From: an uncultured Deinococcaceae bacterium
GTDB taxonomy: Bacteria; Deinococcota; Deinococci; Deinococcales; Deinococcaceae
Reading direction: 5' to 3'
DNA: 64,000 nucleotides
Assembly (NCBI GenBank): GCA_964252075.1
Contig: CAXULY010000008.1
Span: 1 to 64,000 of the forward strand
In this document: positions 39,397 through 50,842 of the stretch, piece by piece
Numbering within the stretch: position 1 is the first letter of the stretch
Layout of the letters: the number at the start of each line of letters is the position of its first letter
Position numbers and translations under genes: made by a program
The notes under the pieces: generated by a model
Told to the model about the DNA's origin: nothing
Databases searched by the model: none
What the model saw: the letters and a program-made list of their open reading frames with translations, nothing else

Positions 39397-40562
39397 GCGG
39401 CGCGCCCGGCGCTGGCGCGCGCGCCCCGCTGCGCGCCCTGCTGCTGTCCGCCAGCCTGGGTGGCGGGCACCAGAAGGCCGGGGAGGCCCTCACGCACGCC
39501 CTCGGCGAGCTCGCGCCGGGCTTCGAGGCGGTGCACAGCGATTACCTCACGTACCTGAACCCCATCGAGCGCACGCTGAGCGCCGGGCTGTACATGGCGT
39601 GGCTGCGGTACCATCCCGCCAGCTACCGCTTCTTCTACGACTGGACGAACCGCGAGTCCGAACCGTGGTTCATCACGGGCAGTTTCGGGTGGGCGGGCGT
39701 GATCGGCATGGCGCGCGACCTGCGCCGCACGCGCCCGCAGCTGGTGGTGAGCAGTTACACTGCGCCCGCCACGCTCGCGGGCGTGGTGCGCCAGCGCCTG
39801 GGCCTGCAGTTCCTGAACGCCATGGTCGTCACGGATTACAGCATTCACAAGCACTGGGCGCGCCCGGAGGCGGACCTCCTGCTGGTGCCCACCGAGCAGG
39901 CGCGCCATGAGCTGATCGAGTGGGGCATTCCCGCCGAGCGCGTACACATCACGGGCATTCCCATCCTGCCGCGCTACCGGGAGCTGGTGGGCGCCGACAA
40001 GCACGAGTTGCGCCGCCGCTTCGGCCTGCGGCCCGACGAACCCATGGTGCTGGTGTCGGCGGGCGCCGCGCAGGGCACGTACCACGGCCTGCGCGAGGTG
40101 TGTGAGGCCGCCGCCAGCCTCGGCACGCGCGTGCAGGTGCTGCTGGCGGGCGGCGGCGGGCCGCTCGGGGTGGAGCGCGTGGGCGGCGCCACCATCCACC
40201 GCCTGGGCTTCACGGCGGACTTCCCGGAACTGCTGGCCGCCAGTGACCTCGTGGTGGGCAAGGCGGGCGGCCTGACCGTCGCGGAGGCGCTCGCGCTCGG
40301 CGTGCCGCTCCTCGTGTACCGCCCCATCCCGGGGCAGGAGGAAGGCAACGCCCATTACCTGGAGGCGCAGGGCGCCGCGCTGTGGGCGCGCAGCCACTGG
40401 GAGCTGCGCCGCGACCTGCTGTCGCTGCTCGGCGACCCCGCACGCCTGAATGCCATGAGCGCCGCCGCGCGCCGCGTGGGCCGCCCGGACGCCGCCTTCG
40501 ACGCGGCGCGCCTCCTGCTGAGCAAGGTGGGCGTGCCGGTCCGTGAACAGGTGGGTGCATGA
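39393..40562 (+). CDS. MGDG-synthase/UgtP-like diacylglycerol glycosyltransferase (GT28)
   Basis: SLGGGH, VVTDY..HKHW, TGIPI, KAGGLTVAEA, PIPGQEEGN. Confidence 0.9.
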   Translation: MSGAPGAGARAPLRALLLSASLGGGHQKAGEALTHALGELAPGFEAVHSDYLTYLNPIERTLSAGLYMAWLRYHPASYRFFYDWTNRESEPWFITGSFGWAGVIGMARDLRRTRPQLVVSSYTAPATLAGVVRQRLGLQFLNAMVVTDYSIHKHWARPEADLLLVPTEQARHELIEWGIPAERVHITGIPILPRYRELVGADKHELRRRFGLRPDEPMVLVSAGAAQGTYHGLREVCEAAASLGTRVQVLLAGGGGPLGVERVGGATIHRLGFTADFPELLAASDLVVGKAGGLTVAEALALGVPLLVYRPIPGQEEGNAHYLEAQGAALWARSHWELRRDLLSLLGDPARLNAMSAAARRVGRPDAAFDAARLLLSKVGVPVREQVGA

Positions 40563-41802
40563 ACAGAACCCTGAAACTGACGCTGACGGCGCTGGGCACG
40601 TACCTCGCCGCGAACATCGCGCTGCCGTACGCGCTCGTGCAGGTCCTGAACCTTGGCCTCGTGCGGGTGGGGCGCGCGCGCGAGGCGGGCCTCGCGCTCA
40701 CCTTCGATGACGGCCCCGACCCCGAGACCACCCCGCAGGTGCTGGACGCGCTGCGCGAGGCGGGCGTGCCCGCCACCTTCTTCGTCCTCGCGGACCGCGC
40801 GGAGGCGCACCCGGAACTCATTCGGCGCATGCTCGCCGAGGGCCACGAGGTGCACCCGCACGGCGAGGTGCACCGCCACGCCTGGACGCGCGCCCCGTGG
40901 GGCGTGTGGCAGGACGTGCAGCGCGCCGCGGAGCGCCTGCAGCGCCTCACGGGCGTGCGACCGACGTACTACCGCCCGCCGCACGGCGCGTACACCCTCG
41001 CCACGGTGCTGGCCCTGCGCGCCGCACACCTCACGGGCGCGCACTGGACGGTGGAGGCGCACGACTGGCGCCCGGACTTCACGCCCGAGGACGTCACGCG
41101 CCGCGTGCTGGAGCACGCGCGCCCCGGCGGCATCATCGTGATGCACGACGCGGGCCCCGGCGCGGAGAACACCATCCCCGCCCTGCCGGGCCTCATCGCG
41201 GAACTCAGGGCGCGCGAGTACGTCTTCCGCCCGCTGGGCGCGCTGCAGGGCCTCGCGCCCGTCACGCCCGCCGACCTCCCCCGGCGCCTCCTGAACGTCG
41301 TGGACGCCCGCTTCGACCGCAAGTACGGGGTGCGGCGCGCGGGCGTGCGCGCCAACAGCGGCTTCCGGCTGGGGCCCTCGCCGCTCTCGCAGGACGTCAC
41401 CCTGCAGGACGGCACGGTCTTCAAGCGCGGCACGCCCGGCCTGGAAATTCACATTGACAGCTTCCGCATGGTGGATGTGGGCCTGCGCTACGGCGTCACG
41501 ACCCTCATGCCGCGCGCCCTGCAGGACGTCGCGCGCGAACTGGAGTCGGACCCCGCTTGGCGCGAGGCGCCCTTCATCTTCACGGTCGGGACCTTCTGGG
41601 GCATCCTCGGGCCCTTCGGGTTCGAGCTGCACGAGGCGCCGCCCTTCACCGCGTGGCGCCTCACCCTCTGGACGCGCCTCATCCGCGCGGTGTTCCAGAG
41701 TGACCCCGTGCGGCGCCCCCTGGAGGCGAAGATGGCGATCATCCGCCGCGAGGACCTCATCGCGCGCTACCGGGACCTGCCCACGCGCCAGAAGCGCCGC
41801 GC

Positions 41803-41806
<4 letters not shown>
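40559..41806 (+). CDS. Membrane-anchored NodB/CE4 polysaccharide deacetylase with YkoP-like C-terminal domain
   Basis: TFDDGP, H.HG..H, RPPHG, DW, MHD; extra ~170-aa C-terminal domain (LEIHID). Confidence 0.85.
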
Positions 41807-42543
<737 letters not shown>

Positions 42544-42556
42544 GGGCGCACCCATG

Positions 42557-42594
42557 AGGCCGGGGCGGGCGAGGTTGCTCGCCCGCCCCGGCCT
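42557..42594. terminator. Hairpin between convergent genes
   Basis: AGGCCGGGGCGGGCGAG-GTTG-CTCGCCCGCCCCGGCCT. Confidence 0.75.
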
Positions 42595-42605
42595 GCGCCG
42601 TCACG

Positions 42606-43106
42606 CTAGCGCTTGCGCCAGCCCATGCGGTGATCCGGTCGGATGCCGTCCGCGATCAGGTGCAGCCACTGACTCACGTAGTACCCGGCGAGCAGCGGCA
42701 CGCCCTCCAGCCACGTGAGGCGGTACGGCAGCGGCGGCAGGCGCAGGCCCGGCAGCAGGTACCACCACAACCCCACCACGAGGCCCGCGATCACGCCGAG
42801 GTACACCAGCCGCGTGAGCGGCCCCACGATCCACGAGTGGCTCAGGCCCCGGTGCGAGAACATCATGCCGTACGGCACCCATAAGAACCCCAGGAACCCC
42901 CACGCGCGCTTGCTGCTCACGTGCCCCTCCGCGAGGTCAAGGTCCGGGGAGAGCAGGAAGGTGCCCACGAAGAAACCGAGGGTGAAGCCCACCGCCTGCA
43001 CGGCGCTGATGGGCCACAGGCCCGCGCGCTGCACGTACAGGGCGGCGGCGGCCAGCACCACGAAACTGACGAGGTTGATGGAGTTATGAACGCGACCACT
43101 GGGCAC
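42606..43106 (-). CDS. DUF2227 putative metal-binding membrane protein
   Basis: PSGRVH, SPDLD, HRGLSH, WLHLIAD. Confidence 0.85.
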   Translation of the reverse strand: MPSGRVHNSINLVSFVVLAAAALYVQRAGLWPISAVQAVGFTLGFFVGTFLLSPDLDLAEGHVSSKRAWGFLGFLWVPYGMMFSHRGLSHSWIVGPLTRLVYLGVIAGLVVGLWWYLLPGLRLPPLPYRLTWLEGVPLLAGYYVSQWLHLIADGIRPDHRMGWRKR

Positions 43107-43140
43107 GCGCGTATTCTGCCACGGGCGAAGCGCCCGGCGC

Positions 43141-43446
43141 TCAGCGTTTGCCGCGCCGCAGGAAACTCAGCCAGCCCGCCCGCTCCGGGTTCTTCTGCGG
43201 CGCGAAATCCTCCAGCCGGATCTCCGGCTCCGGGTGGGCGGCCGCCTCCCAACCGAGCGTGGTGTGAATCAGGCCGCCGAAGCGCCCTGCGCAGTACACG
43301 GCGTGATCGTGCTCGGCCGCCGCGTTCCCGATCGCGCGCGGGTCCACGAGGCTCTGCAGCATGGCCTGCAGGCTGTCGTCATCACAACGCCACACCCCGG
43401 CCTCGAACACGGCTTCTTTCCCGTAAATGCGGATTCTGGCGGACAT
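43141..43446 (-). CDS. Hypothetical protein
   Basis: MSARIRIYGKEAVF..; GGAG RBS; host-like codons. Confidence 0.65.
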   Translation of the reverse strand: MSARIRIYGKEAVFEAGVWRCDDDSLQAMLQSLVDPRAIGNAAAEHDHAVYCAGRFGGLIHTTLGWEAAAHPEPEIRLEDFAPQKNPERAGWLSFLRRGKR

Positions 43447-43587
43447 GCACTCCATCTCGCGTCAACTCGGGCGCACTCAAGCAAAGGGGAAGGGCGGACT
43501 GCCCCGCTCTGGATTGTCTGACCCCTCCACCATACCGCAGCGCGGGCCGCCTGTGACAGGGATGGCGCCCGCGCCTTACAGTGGGGC

Positions 43588-44013
43588 ATGAAGCGTGCCC
43601 TGCTGCTGCTCGCCGTCACGCTCGCCGCGTGCTCCCCCTTCGTGGTGCGGGCGGGCGGAGGGCGCCTCGTCGCGAACGCCAGCGCGGACGGCCAGACGTA
43701 CGCCTTCGACTGCGACCCGGCAGGACAGGGCGGGCGCGCCATCAACCTGAACGCGAACCTCGTGCGCTTCGGCTGCCCCTCCGTGGACGGCGCGGCGCGC
43801 CTGAGCGTCACGATCCGCCGCTCGGAGCCTGCGGGCGCCCAAGCGGTCCTCACGGTGGTTGGCGCGGACGGCGCTCCCGTGGCGCGCACCGAGCCCCTGG
43901 TGTTCTCCCAGCTGAACTGGAGCGCCCTCCCCACGGGCGCCAGCCTCAGCGGGAACTTCACGGCCGTCGGCGCGTTCAGCGCGGGTGGGCGCTTCGATCT
44001 CGCCGCGCGGTGA
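43588..44013 (+). CDS. Hypothetical lipoprotein
   Basis: MKRALLLLAVTLAAC lipobox; TACAGT 5 nt before ATG. Confidence 0.75.
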   Translation: MKRALLLLAVTLAACSPFVVRAGGGRLVANASADGQTYAFDCDPAGQGGRAINLNANLVRFGCPSVDGAARLSVTIRRSEPAGAQAVLTVVGADGAPVARTEPLVFSQLNWSALPTGASLSGNFTAVGAFSAGGRFDLAAR

Positions 44014-44336
44014 GCGCCCCGTCACGGCAAGCGGTCACTCAACCCTGATGGGTGCGCCCGGGGCGTCCGGGCGCATCTTGGACCGAGGGGCAAACAGCAG
44101 CAGCGCTCCAGTCGTGACTGGCGCTCCAGCCTGTGAGGCCGCCACGACGCGGGCAGGACGGCACGCGCCCGTGCCGCGGGCATCCCGCGCTCGACCATCG
44201 TGGTGCCGGTGGCTGAGTAAAGGCCAGGAGCGCGCATTCCAGGGTGTGAAGCTTCACGCGCCGTGGGGGTGTCCACACGAACGTCCTGAACGCACTCCTA
44301 CTCACTGTTCAAGCGCAGTACCGCCCTGTCGTGCGA

Positions 44337-45044
44337 TTAGAGGGACTCGGGGCTCACGAGCAGGGGGGACTCCACCTCGAAAGCCTCGCAGTACCGTTTC
44401 CCCACGAAGGTGCCCCAGTAACTCAGGCGCGCGCGGCGGCGCTCCACCACCTCCGGCGTCACGGTCTCCGACACGTACGGCCCGCCGAACTGACTGGCGT
44501 GCGCACGCACCGCGGCCTCCCAGGTGTCCTGCACGTCCTCCACGTCCACCAGCAGGGTCGGTTCGATGTTCGCGTTCCCCTGGTACAGCAGCACCCTGGT
44601 GACGCGGTGCGGCGGGCCCAGCACGTCCGCCTTCGCGAGCGCTGCGAGGTGCACCGCACGCTTCGCGAGGTGATACGCGCCGAAGTGATCCGGGTGGCGG
44701 TCGCGCGGGTGCGGCACCACCAGCGTCACGGGCCGCACGGCGCGCAGCGCGGTGGCCAGTGCGCGCGCCTGCTCCGGTACGTCGCCCAGGCCGCCGTCCG
44801 GCAGGCCCAACTGGCCCCGCCACGCGAGCCCCATGATGTCCGCGGCGGTCACGCACTCGCGCTCACGGGTGTCCGGGTCGCCCAGGGTGCCGCCCTCGCC
44901 GCGCGTGAGTTCCAGCACGCCCACCGCCTCCCCGGCGCGCGCGAGGCGGATCAGGGTGCCGCCCACCCCGATCTCCGCGTCGTCCGGGTGGGGTGCCAGC
45001 GCCAGCCATGAGAGCGCCCGCGCGCGGCCCCAGGTGGTGTTCAT
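44337..45044 (-). CDS. bshB1: Bacillithiol biosynthesis deacetylase (PIG-L family)
   Basis: [33 protein letters not shown]. Confidence 0.85.
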   Translation of the reverse strand: MNTTWGRARALSWLALAPHPDDAEIGVGGTLIRLARAGEAVGVLELTRGEGGTLGDPDTRERECVTAADIMGLAWRGQLGLPDGGLGDVPEQARALATALRAVRPVTLVVPHPRDRHPDHFGAYHLAKRAVHLAALAKADVLGPPHRVTRVLLYQGNANIEPTLLVDVEDVQDTWEAAVRAHASQFGGPYVSETVTPEVVERRRARLSYWGTFVGKRYCEAFEVESPLLVSPESL

Positions 45045-45646
45045 GACGTGCGGGGCGGCGCGACCGCCTTCTCACCGAAGCGCCGCTCCGTGCCGCGCGT
45101 GAGCCGCTGCATGTTGTCGCGGTGCTGCCAGATCAGCAGCAGCGCCAGGAAGGCCAGCAGCGCGCGTTCCCACCAGGGGCGCGGCAGGCTGAGCGCCATC
45201 ACCACCACGGACACCGCGCCCAGAATGCTGCCCGCCGACACGAAACGCGTGAGCACCATGGTGGCGAGCCCGATCACCAGCACGCCCAGCCCGATCACCG
45301 GGTCGATCGCCAGGATGGTCCCGAAGCTCGTCGCGACGCCCTTGCCGCCCCTGAAGCGCAGGAACACGCTGAAGTTGTGCCCCACCACCGCCGCGACGCC
45401 GCACAGCGCCGCCACGACGTCACCGAGGCCGAAGGTGCGGGCCAGCCACACCGCGAGCGCGCCCTTGAGGATGTCGAAGGCGGCGACCAGCAGGCCCGGA
45501 CCCCAGCCCAGCGAGCGCTGCACGTTGGTGGCGCCGGAATTGCCGCTGCCGACCTTGCGGATGTCCACGCCGCGGGCGCGGGCGACGATGGTGGCGGCGG
45601 GAATGGCGCCCAGCAGGTAGGCCAGCACCAGTGCGAGAACGGTCAC
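45041..45646 (-). CDS. plsY: Glycerol-3-phosphate acyltransferase
   Basis: [36 protein letters not shown]. Confidence 0.95.
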   Translation of the reverse strand: MTVLALVLAYLLGAIPAATIVARARGVDIRKVGSGNSGATNVQRSLGWGPGLLVAAFDILKGALAVWLARTFGLGDVVAALCGVAAVVGHNFSVFLRFRGGKGVATSFGTILAIDPVIGLGVLVIGLATMVLTRFVSAGSILGAVSVVVMALSLPRPWWERALLAFLALLLIWQHRDNMQRLTRGTERRFGEKAVAPPRTS

Positions 45647-45746
45647 GCCCTGGATTCTAGTGCGACTCCCGTGGGGCCGTCGCGTGGCCAGCGGGGTGTG
45701 ACGCGCCCCGCAACCCGCGCGCCGCCGGACGCGTACCCTGTTCGAG

Positions 45747-46250
45747 ATGCAGCGCGTTCCTTCCTCCCGTCCGCCCCGCTCCACCGCCCCGCAGGTGGGT
45801 CGGCAGCACGCCGCGGCCTTCTGGCTGCTCACCGCCTACAAGGCCCTCGCGGCCCTGGTGGTGCTCGCCGCCGGGCTGTACGTGCTGCTGCACGCGGGCG
45901 ACCTGCGCGCGTCCCTCACGGCGCTCGCCGCGAACTGGACGGGGCGCGGCGGCCTCGCCGCGTGGTCGGGCGGCGTGATGGGCGGCGCGGTGAGCGGTCT
46001 GCCGGAGCGCGGCTTCACCGCGACCGGCGTGCTGCTGCTCGTGGACGGCCTGCTGCTGGCGCTCACGGCGGTGGCGCTCGCGCGGCGCTCGCCGGCGGCG
46101 CGCGGGCTGGTCCTCGCGGCGATCATCGTGCCGTTGCTGCCGGAGGTGTACCTCCTGACGCGGCACGTGCGCCTCGGTGAGGTGCTCGCGCTCCTCGTGA
46201 ACCTCGGCATCCTCGCGTACGTGTGGCGGTACTACCCGCGCCACCACTAG
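45747..46250 (+). CDS. DUF2127-like membrane protein
   Basis: 4 [19 protein letters not shown]. Confidence 0.65.
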   Translation: MQRVPSSRPPRSTAPQVGRQHAAAFWLLTAYKALAALVVLAAGLYVLLHAGDLRASLTALAANWTGRGGLAAWSGGVMGGAVSGLPERGFTATGVLLLVDGLLLALTAVALARRSPAARGLVLAAIIVPLLPEVYLLTRHVRLGEVLALLVNLGILAYVWRYYPRHH

Positions 46251-46364
46251 GGCGCGCCAGACCGTAGCGGAAGCTACACAACGAGCGTTTTTCCGCCTGA
46301 ACCTCAGCAGATGCACGGCAGACTTAACCCACGCTCAGACACCAGTTGATAGGGTGCTCCCTGC

Positions 46365-47858
46365 ATGCGGGCCCCCACCCCCAGCAGTGAAACGGCGCGG
46401 CTCACGGCGCTCAAACGTTACGGCGTGCTCGACACGCCCAGCGAGGCCGCCTTCAACCGCATCACGCGCCTCACCGCGCAGGTGCTGAGTGTGCCGGTCG
46501 CCGCCGTGAACTTCGTGGACTCTGACCGCGTGTGGACGAAATCCTGCGTGGGCGCCCCGGCCGGTGGCGCCGCGCCGCGCGACGGGTCCTTCTGCGCCTG
46601 GACCATCCTCGCGGACGACGTGATGGTCGTGCCGGACGCCACGCGCGACCCGCGCTTCGCGCAGCACCCCACGGTGCAGGGCGAGCCGCGCCTTCACCTG
46701 TACGCGGGCGCACCCCTCATCACGCCGGACGGTCAGCGCATCGGAACGCTGAGCGTCACCGACACGCGCCCCCGCGACTTCGGGCCGCGCGAGCGCGAGA
46801 TCCTCGCGGCCCTCGCGGCGATCGTGGTGGACGAGCTGCGGCTGCGCCTGCGCGAGCAGGAGGTGCGGCGCTCCGAGCGCTTCGCCCTCACGCAGGCGGA
46901 CATCGCGCGCCTCAGCAGCACTCTCAGCCCCGAACCGCTCGCGGTGCAGGCGTTCGAGCGGCTCGCGGCGGAACTGGACGTGGACCTGAGCGTGCTCGTC
47001 CGGCACCGTGACGGCGAGCCCCGCATCTTCCGCGCGTGGTCGGACGCGCGCCTCCCGCCGCACTTCATGGCGCTCGCGGCGCGCGGCCTCGCCGCCGGGC
47101 GCGCGGTGCTCTCAGAGGCGGTGCGTCAACGCCTGCGCGCCTACACCGACGACTACCCCCACCACCCCTTCGCCGTCCCCGCCTTCCGAGAGGCGGGCTT
47201 TCAGTCCGTGGCGTGGCTGCACCTGGGCGCGCAGGGCCCCACCGATTACGTCTTCATTGCCGTGCGGCTGCACGGCGGCCCCCCCTGGCAGCGCGACGAA
47301 CGCCAGCTGATGGAGGCCGCCGCGCACAGCCTCGCGCTGGCACTGGAGCGCGAGGAGCGCCTGCGTGACATGCACAGCGCCGCCTACAGTGACGCGCTGA
47401 CGGGCCTCGCGAACCGCCGGGCCTTCGAGGCGGCGCTCGACGCGCTGGACGCGGGCAGTGAGCCGTACAGCGTGGCCGTCATTGACCTGGACGGCATGAA
47501 GCGCGTGAACGACGCCGAGGGCCACGCGCGCGGCGACGCGCTGCTCTCCACCTTCGGGCGGGCGCTCACCGAGAACCTGCGCAGCACCGACCGCGTGTAC
47601 CGCTTGGGCGGCGACGAGTACGCGGTGCTGCTGCGCCACCCGGATGCCCAGCAGAACCCCGACAGCATTCACTCCGCCGTGGCGCGGCACGTGGGGGCCG
47701 CCGTAGACACCACGCGCGGCGCGGGTTTCGCGGCGATCTCCGCGTGCGTCGGGTGGGCCCACGCGCCGAGTGATGGCCTGGAGCCCGCCGCGCTGGTGCG
47801 CCTCGCGGACGAACGTATGTACGAGCAGAAGCGCGCCCGCCCCCAGCCGCCGCGCTGA
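46365..47858 (+). CDS. GAF-GAF-GGDEF diguanylate cyclase
   Basis: ETARLTAL..YGVLDT GAF; DALTGLANRRAF, RSTD..RLGGDEY. Confidence 0.9.
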   Translation: MRAPTPSSETARLTALKRYGVLDTPSEAAFNRITRLTAQVLSVPVAAVNFVDSDRVWTKSCVGAPAGGAAPRDGSFCAWTILADDVMVVPDATRDPRFAQHPTVQGEPRLHLYAGAPLITPDGQRIGTLSVTDTRPRDFGPREREILAALAAIVVDELRLRLREQEVRRSERFALTQADIARLSSTLSPEPLAVQAFERLAAELDVDLSVLVRHRDGEPRIFRAWSDARLPPHFMALAARGLAAGRAVLSEAVRQRLRAYTDDYPHHPFAVPAFREAGFQSVAWLHLGAQGPTDYVFIAVRLHGGPPWQRDERQLMEAAAHSLALALEREERLRDMHSAAYSDALTGLANRRAFEAALDALDAGSEPYSVAVIDLDGMKRVNDAEGHARGDALLSTFGRALTENLRSTDRVYRLGGDEYAVLLRHPDAQQNPDSIHSAVARHVGAAVDTTRGAGFAAISACVGWAHAPSDGLEPAALVRLADERMYEQKRARPQPPR

Positions 47859-47981
47859 GTCCGCAGCGGTTCATGTCGGTGGCGGGGCTCAGGGTGTAGG
47901 CTCACGCCACGCGGCCGGCGTCCCGGGCCGTCCACATGAACGCCGCGCAGGTCTCCCGCCGTGGCGCGGGAGGTGAGAGAC

Positions 47982-48316
47982 ATGCAGCTTCGTTTCCACT
48001 TCGTCTCGCGGCTGGTCGCTGATCTCTCCTAAAGTGCCTGGGCGTTCGTGCTGGCGTTCTCCAGCGTGCTGGTGTGGCTCGTGACGGGCTCGCTCTTCCG
48101 ATGCTCGGACGGCTGGCAGCTCGTCATCGACACGGGCACCGCCTCCTGATGGTGTTCGTCATTCAGAACGCCCAGAACGAGGACATGCGAGAGCAGCACG
48201 CCAAACGCGACCCGGTGCTCGTGGAACTGCGCGCGCAGCGCGGCGCGCACCTCGATGCGGACCTGCTCGGCATGAGCCCCGTGCCGCTGCTGGAGGATGT
48301 GAGCGCCGGTAATTGA
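47982..48316 (+). pseudogene. Low-affinity iron permease (Fet4-like) pseudogene
   Basis: ..[23 protein letters not shown] / [13 protein letters not shown] resembles the family motif FSDTWQLVINTGTTI.TFLMVFLIQN.QN; in-frame TAA at 48030-32 and a frameshift/deletion at ~48140. Confidence 0.75.
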
Positions 48317-48573
48317 AGAACCGTTCAGTGTGCATTCTGCCCGCCGCCCGTGATCCGGCCTCCCGCACTGGAGGCCGGATGGCTGTGTTGGGGGCGGGGC
48401 TGGTCACGTGGCCCCCAAACGGCGGGCGCTCCTGGCGTATACTGATCCGTTGAGCGCGACTGAGCCCACAGGGCCAGCGCCGCCGGGGCCGAGCGGGGCG
48501 CCCCACCACGGAGCGCGGTGCCCGCACGCGGGCGCGAGGCTCCGATCTCACCTCCTGCCCCCACAAGGAGTGC

Positions 48574-49995
48574 ATGACCGACGTACAGAACCCGCCCACG
48601 GCGGGCAAGAAAGTGGGCTTCATCAGCCTGGGCTGCCCCAAGGCGCTCGTGGACAGCGAACGCATCCTCACGCAACTGCGCGCCGAGGGCTACGAGGTCG
48701 CGCCCAGTTACGAGAGCGCCGACACCGTCATCGTGAACACCTGCGGCTTCATCACGCCCGCCGTTGAGGAGTCCCTGGACGCCATCGGTGAGGCCCTGGA
48801 CGCCACCGGGCGCGTCATCGTGACGGGCTGCCTCGGAGAGCGCCCCGAGACCATCCGCGAGCGCTTCCCGAAGGTCGCCGCGATCACCGGCTCTGAAGCG
48901 GTGGATGACGTGATGGCCGCCGTGCGCGAACTCATCCCGCCGGACGAGAACCCCTTCACCAGCCTGATCCCGCTGCCCGCCTCCGGGGTGAAGCTCACGC
49001 CGCGCCACTACAGCTACCTGAAGATTGCGGAGGGCTGCAACCACACCTGCGCGTTCTGCATCATCCCGAAGCTGCGCGGCCTGCAGGTGTCGCGCGACGC
49101 GGGCGAGGTGCTGTACGAGGCCTTCCGGCTCATCGCGTCCGGCACGCGGGAACTCGTGGTAATCTCGCAGGACACCAGTGCCTACGGCGTGGACGTGCGT
49201 TACCGCGAGAGCGAATTCCAGGGTGAGCAGGTGCGCGCGCACCTCACGGACCTCGCCGTGAAGCTCGGCGAGATGGGCGCCTGGGTGCGCATGCACTACA
49301 TCTACCCGTACCCGCACGTGGACCGTGTGGTGGAACTCATGGCTCAGGGCAAAATTCTCCCGTACCTCGACGTGCCCCTGCAGCACGCCAGCCCCCGCAT
49401 CCTGAAGCTCATGCGGCGCCCCGGCGCGGGCAAGCAGCTGGACACCATCCGCCGCTGGCGCGAGATCTGCCCGGACATCACGCTGCGCTCCACCTTCATC
49501 GTGGGTTTCCCCGGCGAGACCGAGGAGGACTTCCAGCTGCTGCTGGACTTCCTGGAGGAGGCGCGCCTGGACCGCGTGGGGGCGTTCACGTACTCCGAGG
49601 TGCAGGAGGCGGACGCCACGCACTTCGAGGGCCGCGTGCCGGAGGCCGTGAAGGAGGCGCGCCTCGCGCGCTTCATGGAGGTCGCGCAGCGCATCAGCGC
49701 GGAGAAGCTGCGCGAGAAGGTGGGCCGCACGATGGACGTCATCATCGACGAGTACAACGACGAGGACGGCGACCTGCCCGGCAGCAAGCTGATCGGGCGC
49801 ACGAAGGGCGATGCGCCCGGCATTGACGGTCAGGTGTACCTCGCGGCGGGCGCCCTCGCGGGCACCGTGAAGATCGGGGACATCGTGGAGGCCTTCATCG
49901 AGGACGCCGACGAGTACGACCTCTTCGGCGAGGTGCGCGCCGTGAAGCCCTGGGCGCCGAACGTGCCGCTGCTGGGCCGCCTGCCCGTCCACTGA
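48574..49995 (+). CDS. rimO: Ribosomal protein S12 methylthiotransferase
   Basis: [38 protein letters not shown] domain. Confidence 0.96.
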   Translation: MTDVQNPPTAGKKVGFISLGCPKALVDSERILTQLRAEGYEVAPSYESADTVIVNTCGFITPAVEESLDAIGEALDATGRVIVTGCLGERPETIRERFPKVAAITGSEAVDDVMAAVRELIPPDENPFTSLIPLPASGVKLTPRHYSYLKIAEGCNHTCAFCIIPKLRGLQVSRDAGEVLYEAFRLIASGTRELVVISQDTSAYGVDVRYRESEFQGEQVRAHLTDLAVKLGEMGAWVRMHYIYPYPHVDRVVELMAQGKILPYLDVPLQHASPRILKLMRRPGAGKQLDTIRRWREICPDITLRSTFIVGFPGETEEDFQLLLDFLEEARLDRVGAFTYSEVQEADATHFEGRVPEAVKEARLARFMEVAQRISAEKLREKVGRTMDVIIDEYNDEDGDLPGSKLIGRTKGDAPGIDGQVYLAAGALAGTVKIGDIVEAFIEDADEYDLFGEVRAVKPWAPNVPLLGRLPVH

Positions 49996-50008
49996 GCGAA
50001 CGCATCCA

Positions 50009-50047
50009 CGAGGAACCCCGTCCTTCGGTCCAGGACGGGGTTCCTCG
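50009..50047. terminator. Hairpin after rimO
   Basis: CGAGGAACCCCGTCC..GGACGGGGTTCCTCG. Confidence 0.7.
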
Positions 50048-50115
50048 CTGCATGTCCGCTGACACTCCGCTACAGTGAACGTAAAGCCCACCTGAAGACC
50101 CCGTGAGGAGACCAC

Positions 50116-50781
50116 ATGAACAGCACCCGCCTCGCCGCCCTCTGCCTGCTGCCCGCCCTGCTCGCCGGGTGCTCGCAGATCGCCCGCTCCGCCGCCGACA
50201 ACCGCCCGGTGGACGTCCTGCACCTCGGCGCGGTGCCCTTCACGGGCACCGTGCGCGCCCTGCCCGCCGCGCAGGGCGTGCGCGCGCAGGCGGACTCCGA
50301 CACGGACCTCACGTACAGCAACCCGTCCGTCGGTGACTTCGACACCAGCTCCATTCCCGGCATCGTGGGGAACCCCTCGCGCGTGGACGTGGACCTCGCC
50401 TTCGAGACCGCGCAGTTCCAGGCGTGCGGCACCCTCCCGGACAGCTTCAGCGTGACCGTCACGCGCTTCCAGGTGCTCGCGGCGGACGCCGTGCACGGCA
50501 GCGCCAGCGCCGACCAGCCGCTGAACGCCCGGCTGGACCTCACGCGCAGCGCGCCCGGCTCGGACACCTACACCGTGAAGTTCGGCGGCGCGACCGCCGC
50601 CATCTTCGGGACGCTCGCGGCGGGCTGGGACAAGTTCGGCCCGATCTTCACGAAGAGCGGCGCGGAGTCCCCCAACAGCGTCACCGCGACCGCCACCGTC
50701 CACGCCGACAACCTCCCCGTCGGCTGCCTCCTGAAGTTCGTGACGCCCGAGAACCTCGTTCAGCGCGTGCGCTTCCAGTAA
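50116..50781 (+). CDS. Hypothetical lipoprotein
   Basis: LLAGC lipobox; GAGGAG RBS. Confidence 0.8.
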   Translation: MNSTRLAALCLLPALLAGCSQIARSAADNRPVDVLHLGAVPFTGTVRALPAAQGVRAQADSDTDLTYSNPSVGDFDTSSIPGIVGNPSRVDVDLAFETAQFQACGTLPDSFSVTVTRFQVLAADAVHGSASADQPLNARLDLTRSAPGSDTYTVKFGGATAAIFGTLAAGWDKFGPIFTKSGAESPNSVTATATVHADNLPVGCLLKFVTPENLVQRVRFQ

Positions 50782-50842
50782 CGCCGCCCGCGCCGCCCCG
50801 GACCCGCGCGTGGGTTCGGGGCGGCGTTGCTACAGTGCGGTC

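Noticed and set aside
44111..44160. GTCGTGACTGGCG resembles the 5' end of a ZMP/ZTP riboswitch
   Set aside because: It lacks the GGGGAGCG and downstream CGCCTGGGC elements, and no plus-strand gene follows (it lies between convergent genes)
44022..44305. Short minus-strand ORFs downstream of bshB1
   Set aside because: No recognisable motifs or host-like codon pattern
48505..48550. SAH-riboswitch-like GGAGCG...AGGCTC in the rimO leader
   Set aside because: The downstream pseudoknot strand is absent; kept only as an unnamed structured leader
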